From Bacteriovoracia bacterium (GTDB lineage Bacteria; Bdellovibrionota; UBA1018; CAIPTA01), in assembly GCA_050246755.1 (NCBI GenBank), contig JBFWVL010000001.1, forward strand, positions 800,001 through 864,000: 64,000 nucleotides of DNA, written 5' to 3'. The notes under the pieces were generated by a model that saw only the letters and a list, made by a program, of their open reading frames with translations, did not search any database and was not told where the DNA came from. The translations under genes were made by a program, and so were the position numbers. This document shows positions 58,997-64,000 of this stretch, piece by piece (within the stretch, counting starts at the first letter, position 1; every line of letters begins with the position of its first letter).

Positions 58997-59536
58997 ATGA
59001 AATTATTTCAATTTTTCTCTCTTATTATCCTCCTCCTCGCAACCGGCTGCTCCTCCACTCCCAGCAAAGAACTCCCTTCGCAGGAAACGGTAGACCATGT
59101 GGACCTCCAGCGCTTCATGGGCAAATGGTACGTTATCGCCTCCATTCCAACTTCCGCTGAAAAGGATGCCGTGAACGCTACCGAAACCTATACCTGGAAT
59201 GCCAAGGAAGAACGGGTGGACATTGATTTCCGCTTTCGCCAAGGAAGCGCGAGTGGGGAAGAGAAAATAATTCCGCAAAAAGGCTTCATCGAAAATAAAG
59301 AAACGAATGCAGAATGGCGCGTGCAACCCTTCTGGCCGCTGAAGTTCGCTTACCTCATCGTAGATCTTGCTCCAGACTATTCCGATACTATAATCGGACG
59401 CCCCGGCCGGGAAAACGTGTGGGTACTTGCACGCGAACCACGCATGAGCGACGTTCGTTACCGGCAGCTAATGCGAAAAATAGAAGCCTGGGGATATGAG
59501 GTGAAGGAGCTGAAAAAAGTTCCGCAAGATTGGTAA
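58997..59536 (+). CDS. blc: Outer-membrane lipoprotein lipocalin
   Basis: Lipobox ATGC; VDLQRFMGKWYVIA, VQPFWPL...Y, VWVLAREP. Confidence 0.9.
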   Translation: MKLFQFFSLIILLLATGCSSTPSKELPSQETVDHVDLQRFMGKWYVIASIPTSAEKDAVNATETYTWNAKEERVDIDFRFRQGSASGEEKIIPQKGFIENKETNAEWRVQPFWPLKFAYLIVDLAPDYSDTIIGRPGRENVWVLAREPRMSDVRYRQLMRKIEAWGYEVKELKKVPQDW

Positions 59537-59538
59537 GG

Positions 59539-60129
59539 CTAAGCCGACTTCTTCTTATGCGGCTCGAAATGCCATTTTTCCCTTAAGGAATCCATGGCGT
59601 AAATTTCTACGAAGAAAGATTGTGAATTGCACGTGTAAGGAACCACGATCGCCTTCGCCTGCACTCCGGCCAACGCATCCTTCAATTTCTTTCCGGAATG
59701 CACGATCGGGAATGAACAGCGGAACGAATATCCTAGCTTGCGGAATTCCGGGTCCATCTGCCCGAACGCAATATTTAAAATTTCACCCGCGAGGTCCTGA
59801 TTTTCTTTCGTGATCTCCGTTTCCGCGGATTGGAACATATTTTCATAGAGCTTCAAAAACAGTTCTTTGGAGAATCCGAGAAAAAGCTCGATCGAAAAAT
59901 CCGCGGCCTCAAACCTGATCAAGCCGGCCACCGCCACCGATTCCGAATGCGCTTCCCCTTGAATATAGGGCTTACCCGCCACTACCGGCGTTTTAGTATA
60001 GGATTTGATCGTCGACGTTAGAGCGGAGGCAATGATTTTAAGCGCAGGTCCCTGCTTAAAAAGGCCCTCCAGAAAATCTTTCGTATTCTGTTCTTTACTC
60101 ACACAAACTCCTGAAAAACTAGCTCCCAA
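59539..60129 (-). CDS. cheX: CheX-family phosphatase-like protein
   Basis: VAGLIRF, YENMF, DLAGEILNIAFG (ExxN); start codon uncertain. Confidence 0.75.
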   Translation of the reverse strand: MGASFSGVCVSKEQNTKDFLEGLFKQGPALKIIASALTSTIKSYTKTPVVAGKPYIQGEAHSESVAVAGLIRFEAADFSIELFLGFSKELFLKLYENMFQSAETEITKENQDLAGEILNIAFGQMDPEFRKLGYSFRCSFPIVHSGKKLKDALAGVQAKAIVVPYTCNSQSFFVEIYAMDSLREKWHFEPHKKKSA

Positions 60130-60144
60130 AAACCACCCGAAGGC

Positions 60145-61092
60145 CTAAGCGGCTTTTTTTAAGGCACCGGCAACGGTACCCGCTTTTTTCATGGCTTTGT
60201 AAATCGTCTCCATTTGAAAAGGCTTCACTACGAAGCCATTTACCCCTTCTTTAATTGCCTCGGTAACTTCGGTGGCATTTTGCTCACCAGTTACCAGGAT
60301 CACGGGCGAGCCCTTCAATTCCTTATCGCGGCGAATTTTTTTTAGTAACTCAATCCCAGACATGTTTGGCATATGCCAGTCAGCTACCAGCAACGCGATC
60401 TGCGGAGAAGAGCCCGCCATCTTTTTGAATGCCGCTTCACCGTCTTCGCACTCATCCACGTTAATGTATCCCGCCAAATTGAGCGCATGGCGGCTGAGTT
60501 TACGTGAAGTGGCCGAATCGTCCACCACCAGCATACGGCTGTTCGTGGCAAAGCCAAACGAATCCACCGATTTCTGCTCATAAAATTTCTTGTCGAAGAG
60601 AGGGAAAACGAAACTGATCTCCTTATCGTTCGCAGTAAAGGTAAGAGTAACCACCTTCTCCACCATCACGCTCGCCCAGCCAAACAGTGCTTTTTGTGGT
60701 ACCGCTAACATCGAGTTCGGCTCGATCTTCACTTGTTTATCTGTGAGTTCTACTTCAGCCGCGTTATAAACGACTTTGCAGAATTCTTTTTCCGCGTCTT
60801 TCTGGATCTCGGCCATTTCGTCCGCGCTTTTTTCGGCGCCAGCTACCCACGCAAAGAATGCCTTTTCCTGCTCCGGGCTTCCGAAACCTACTGGAAACGC
60901 CGTGGTCGTTTTCATCGCGGTAAATCGCATCGCACAGAAGGGGCGCACTTCGGTAACTTGCTTGGCGGCCGTTTCAGTCGCGCCCGTGGGCTTAAGATCC
61001 AGCTTGTACTTAAATTTTACCCAATCAACGATGCCCTTCTGCAGATTAGCCATGGCACGTTTACTATTGGAAAAAACTTCAGCTGGAAACAT
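60145..61092 (-). CDS. Response regulator: N-terminal unknown (CheC/CheX-like?) domain plus C-terminal CheY-like REC
   Basis: LVVDDS, ADWHMPNMSG, ILVTGE, FVVKPF. Confidence 0.85.
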   Translation of the reverse strand: MFPAEVFSNSKRAMANLQKGIVDWVKFKYKLDLKPTGATETAAKQVTEVRPFCAMRFTAMKTTTAFPVGFGSPEQEKAFFAWVAGAEKSADEMAEIQKDAEKEFCKVVYNAAEVELTDKQVKIEPNSMLAVPQKALFGWASVMVEKVVTLTFTANDKEISFVFPLFDKKFYEQKSVDSFGFATNSRMLVVDDSATSRKLSRHALNLAGYINVDECEDGEAAFKKMAGSSPQIALLVADWHMPNMSGIELLKKIRRDKELKGSPVILVTGEQNATEVTEAIKEGVNGFVVKPFQMETIYKAMKKAGTVAGALKKAA

Positions 61093-61407
61093 GGAAACCC
61101 CCTACATTCACAATTACCGGCAACCCTGACCTATCGGTGCGTTTACTTATCGGCTTTATGCTGCTGGCCACTTTTTGAGGGAAGCTGCTGGAATGGCTTT
61201 TAATTAGAGAGGAAAAGCTCTTTTGAGGCAGCTCGCTACCAAAAGTTCAGAATTTTTACCGGAAACAGCCGGTAGCCTGGCACAAAAAATCACTGCCATG
61301 ATTTTGGCGTGTAAAAACCCTCGGATATTGCCTCCTTTCCTAGAGGAACTTAGCCAAAAATTTTTACCTATGCTCTGACAGCATGTATCCTTAAAGAGGG
61401 GGGATTC

Positions 61408-62394
61408 ATGCGCTTACTCACTAAAGTATTCTTATTGGCTCTGGTAGCAAATTCCGGCCTCGCTTTTTCCGCCGAAGTTACCTCCGAAACTTTTTCAAAA
61501 AGAATCGCCTCTACCGGCAAGTGGGACCAACTCCTTACCGGATTCCGTGATTCCCTGAATCCTCTCGTGCTTAAAGAGCTAACCGCCCTAACCCAAGACG
61601 CAGATTTTCCCAAAATGCGCGCGCAAAGGGGCCGCCTGCTGATCAGCAACGAAAATGGCGAGCACCTCACCGTGGTTTTTTTCCAGAAAGACGGCGCAGT
61701 TACTTTCAATGGCAAAGAGTGGAAGATCCAACCGCTCGCCACTCCCGAGGCCGAAGTGAAGCGCATTACCGAAATCCTCACCTCGCGTAATGCGTTGTTC
61801 GATTTCGTGGTGCCGTCTGCTTTCGCGGGCGGAATGAGTATGACCAAAGGCGTGGCCGCGGCGGCCTACGCTAGCGCCGCTGCGTGGAAGGGCTTGAACT
61901 GCGCGATGCCGCAGCTTTCGGATGAGGCGTTGCGGACTTGCCCTTTGATGGCGGTGGGGATGCAGGGTTTGACTCCTCTCGACCCCAAAGCTCCTATAAA
62001 TTCGGATACCGTTTATCCAATAAAACTAAAGTGTCCAGCTGACAACAATGGAATATTGGAACTGACTCTCAAAAGACGTGACGGAAGCGCCGATAAATTA
62101 GAAATTGATTACTCTAACGGCAATACAAATTCAGTAAGTCTTTCAGTCGCCGAGAATTCAAATCCATATAAAGTATTTTTTAAAGTTAAAGCCTCAGAAG
62201 CAGCTCAATCAAAATTTGCAGAAGACGCGCTTTGGGTACTAAAGCAAGGCGACGCGTTTAATCAGCGCGTTTGTACTTCGAATGAAGTACGTAAGAGATT
62301 TAATGAACTAGCCAACGCGAATGCAATTGAATTACAAAAAAGCACTTCGCTGCAATATGACAACGAATATAAAAAATCGTCTTCAGGAATTTAA
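61408..62394 (+). CDS. Secreted hypothetical protein
   Basis: GAGGGGG RBS, signal peptide, long ORF. Confidence 0.75.
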   Translation: MRLLTKVFLLALVANSGLAFSAEVTSETFSKRIASTGKWDQLLTGFRDSLNPLVLKELTALTQDADFPKMRAQRGRLLISNENGEHLTVVFFQKDGAVTFNGKEWKIQPLATPEAEVKRITEILTSRNALFDFVVPSAFAGGMSMTKGVAAAAYASAAAWKGLNCAMPQLSDEALRTCPLMAVGMQGLTPLDPKAPINSDTVYPIKLKCPADNNGILELTLKRRDGSADKLEIDYSNGNTNSVSLSVAENSNPYKVFFKVKASEAAQSKFAEDALWVLKQGDAFNQRVCTSNEVRKRFNELANANAIELQKSTSLQYDNEYKKSSSGI

Positions 62395-62434
62395 ATTTTA
62401 AGAAATTACTTTTTGATAAAATCAGAGTTAAAAA

Positions 62435-63724
62435 ATGAAAAAAAATAGTCTTAAACTTCTTTTTTTATTTAAGAAAAAATTTTTTCTATTTTTTTTGACT
62501 ACCTTTATAGCTTCTCACTCTGCTTTTTTAATAGCAGCTCCCGGGGGCATTCCTTACTCCAGCCCAGATGGTCGCAGAAGGTCGAATATAGGAACCGGGA
62601 TTATTAATAGTATCGAAAGCACTACTTCACCCGCTGGAACACCCAATACTAGCGATTCTAATGCTCCAGATCCAGCCTCACAAAACGGCGCGGTTGCAAA
62701 AGGCAAAGGTGAAGCCGACAAAGGCAAAGAGAAGTCAGAAGCCGAGCTTGCTCAGAAACGCGAACAAGACAGATTCAAGCAATTGCAGCAAGATAAAGAT
62801 TTAGCCGCTGCCGCAAAAAGAGCTCGCGATTTAAATGCTCAAAAGTCTAAAACTCCGCAGCAACAGTCTCAAATCAAAGACGACATAGACCTGATTGAAA
62901 AGGCCAGAGAACAAAAAAAGAAAGATCAGCTCTTTGCCGAGAAAGAAGCAAGGAAAGCGCATGATGATGAAATAAGAAGACGCCTTCTCGCAATTTCTGA
63001 TGCACAGGTAAAACATCAAGAGTTTAAGAAGGAAGAAGCGCGCCTGACAAATCAAATCGCGGAATTTTCAAATCTTGCTGCTCAGATGATGCAAGCAGGA
63101 ACCGTAATGGGTTCCATAAAAAACCCAAACATAGCTCCCCTCCAAACCGCTCCCAAAAGTGGCGTCGACTCCTCTTCTGTCAGTCAACAGCCGGCCACAG
63201 ATAAGGAAGATTCTAGGCTCACCGACGAAACACAAGCGAGGCTTGATGCGCTCGAAAAAAGTATCGCCCTCGATTCAAAAGTGGATTCAACAAAATCCGC
63301 CGCCTCTAAGCCTAAAGACTACTCCCTCAAGAAAGCTCTCCTCGCCAAACTAGCGGCGGGAGAAAAACTTTCTGCGAGCGAAATGAAGAGCCTCGGCAAC
63401 GGTTCGCCCACGGAAGGCGACGCCAGCAATGTGAGCGCGAAACGAGAAGCTCCCGCCACGAATGTCACCGAAGATTTCTTGGAGTCTCCCGTTAACCAGA
63501 ACTCCGGGGGCTCGCCGAAGTTCAGTATGCGCGGTTCGGAAACCGATGCGGAGGTGAAGCGTCTAGTCGACGGAGAAGCCAGCCGCGGCCTTGCCTCCGT
63601 CGATCCCATCCAAGCAGACGGCGTTCTCGAAACTGACTCCCCTTCTCTCTTTGATCGCGTGAAATCTCATATCTCCGCCTGCCTGCGCCAGCGTTGCGTG
63701 GCTTCCGCTTACATCGCGAAGTAA
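62435..63724 (+). CDS. Secreted coiled-coil hypothetical protein
   Basis: Signal-like N-terminus, K/E/Q-rich coiled coil, low-complexity linker, C-terminal SLFDRVK..I..C. Confidence 0.75.
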   Translation: MKKNSLKLLFLFKKKFFLFFLTTFIASHSAFLIAAPGGIPYSSPDGRRRSNIGTGIINSIESTTSPAGTPNTSDSNAPDPASQNGAVAKGKGEADKGKEKSEAELAQKREQDRFKQLQQDKDLAAAAKRARDLNAQKSKTPQQQSQIKDDIDLIEKAREQKKKDQLFAEKEARKAHDDEIRRRLLAISDAQVKHQEFKKEEARLTNQIAEFSNLAAQMMQAGTVMGSIKNPNIAPLQTAPKSGVDSSSVSQQPATDKEDSRLTDETQARLDALEKSIALDSKVDSTKSAASKPKDYSLKKALLAKLAAGEKLSASEMKSLGNGSPTEGDASNVSAKREAPATNVTEDFLESPVNQNSGGSPKFSMRGSETDAEVKRLVDGEASRGLASVDPIQADGVLETDSPSLFDRVKSHISACLRQRCVASAYIAK

Positions 63725-63853
63725 CCTGCACGTCATCGTTTGCTAGTTTACCTGGAACCGGATTAGGGTCGAGCTTTAACCTCAACTCCCCGATCGAAAA
63801 ATATCATAGCCCGGGTTTGCGAGCGTGCATGCGTTCTTAGCGTGCTTTTTCGG

Positions 63854-64000
63854 CTAGTGGAAGTGCTGGTGCGCTTCGTCCATGGCTTTGATGCCTGAAG
63901 CTTTCAAGCTAGCAGTTTTTCCGCATTTCTTGAGGAACTTTTGCCGAGGGGCATCGGCGCGGTAGAAGTCGGAAGCGCGGATATTTTTATGCCAGCGCTT
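63854..64000 (-). CDS. 3' end of a CDS entering from the right edge
   Basis: Open frame KRWHKNIRASDFY...AHQHFH* ending at TAG 63856-63854. Confidence 0.4.
   Translation of the reverse strand, partial: KRWHKNIRASDFYRADAPRQKFLKKCGKTASLKASGIKAMDEAHQHFH

Noticed and set aside
61270-61300. Possible sigma-54 promoter (TGGCAC...)
   Set aside because: The -12 GC element is not at the required spacing
50759-63724. RxLAS motifs in two exported proteins (RTLAS, RGLAS) as a processing signal
   Set aside because: Only two short occurrences; cannot be distinguished from chance without a genome-wide count

Overview
Gene-dense bacterial chromosome segment, most consistent with a Bdellovibrionota/Oligoflexia-like organism (inferred from gene content and style, not proven). 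The housekeeping backbone comprises dnaE, guaA, guaB, miaB, glpX, pgsA-tRNA-Gly(GCC), a plant/Chlamydia-type fabI, rel-gmk-yicC-accA, an FHA sigma-54 activator, tRNA-Leu(CAA), blc and cheX/REC. It is interrupted by accessory blocks. The largest is a visibly more AT-rich, integrase-free region of about 15 kb after tRNA-Gly. It carries (i) an OafA-type O-acyltransferase; (ii) a four-gene operon of secreted proteins, three of which (malectin; IPT/PKD/cadherin/Sel1; propeller/PKD/C39-peptidase) share an unrecognised beta-sandwich plus helical-hairpin module that aligns without gaps, suggesting a modular extracellular complex; and (iii) a compact XRE regulator / fatty-acid desaturase / GNAT (LuxI/FeeM-like) / PAS-like cassette that looks like a lipid-signal synthesis-and-sensing unit. 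Other notable points are several domains with eroded catalytic motifs (M50-cNMP, HATPase/GGDEF, GcvH, CaCA, DnaE PHP), Fur-like boxes upstream of a Tat-exported flavoprotein operon, an unannotated 40-aa secreted peptide, an antistasin-like miniprotein and recurrent C-terminal -AA degron-like tails. All family calls come from motif recognition by eye; no database searches were run.
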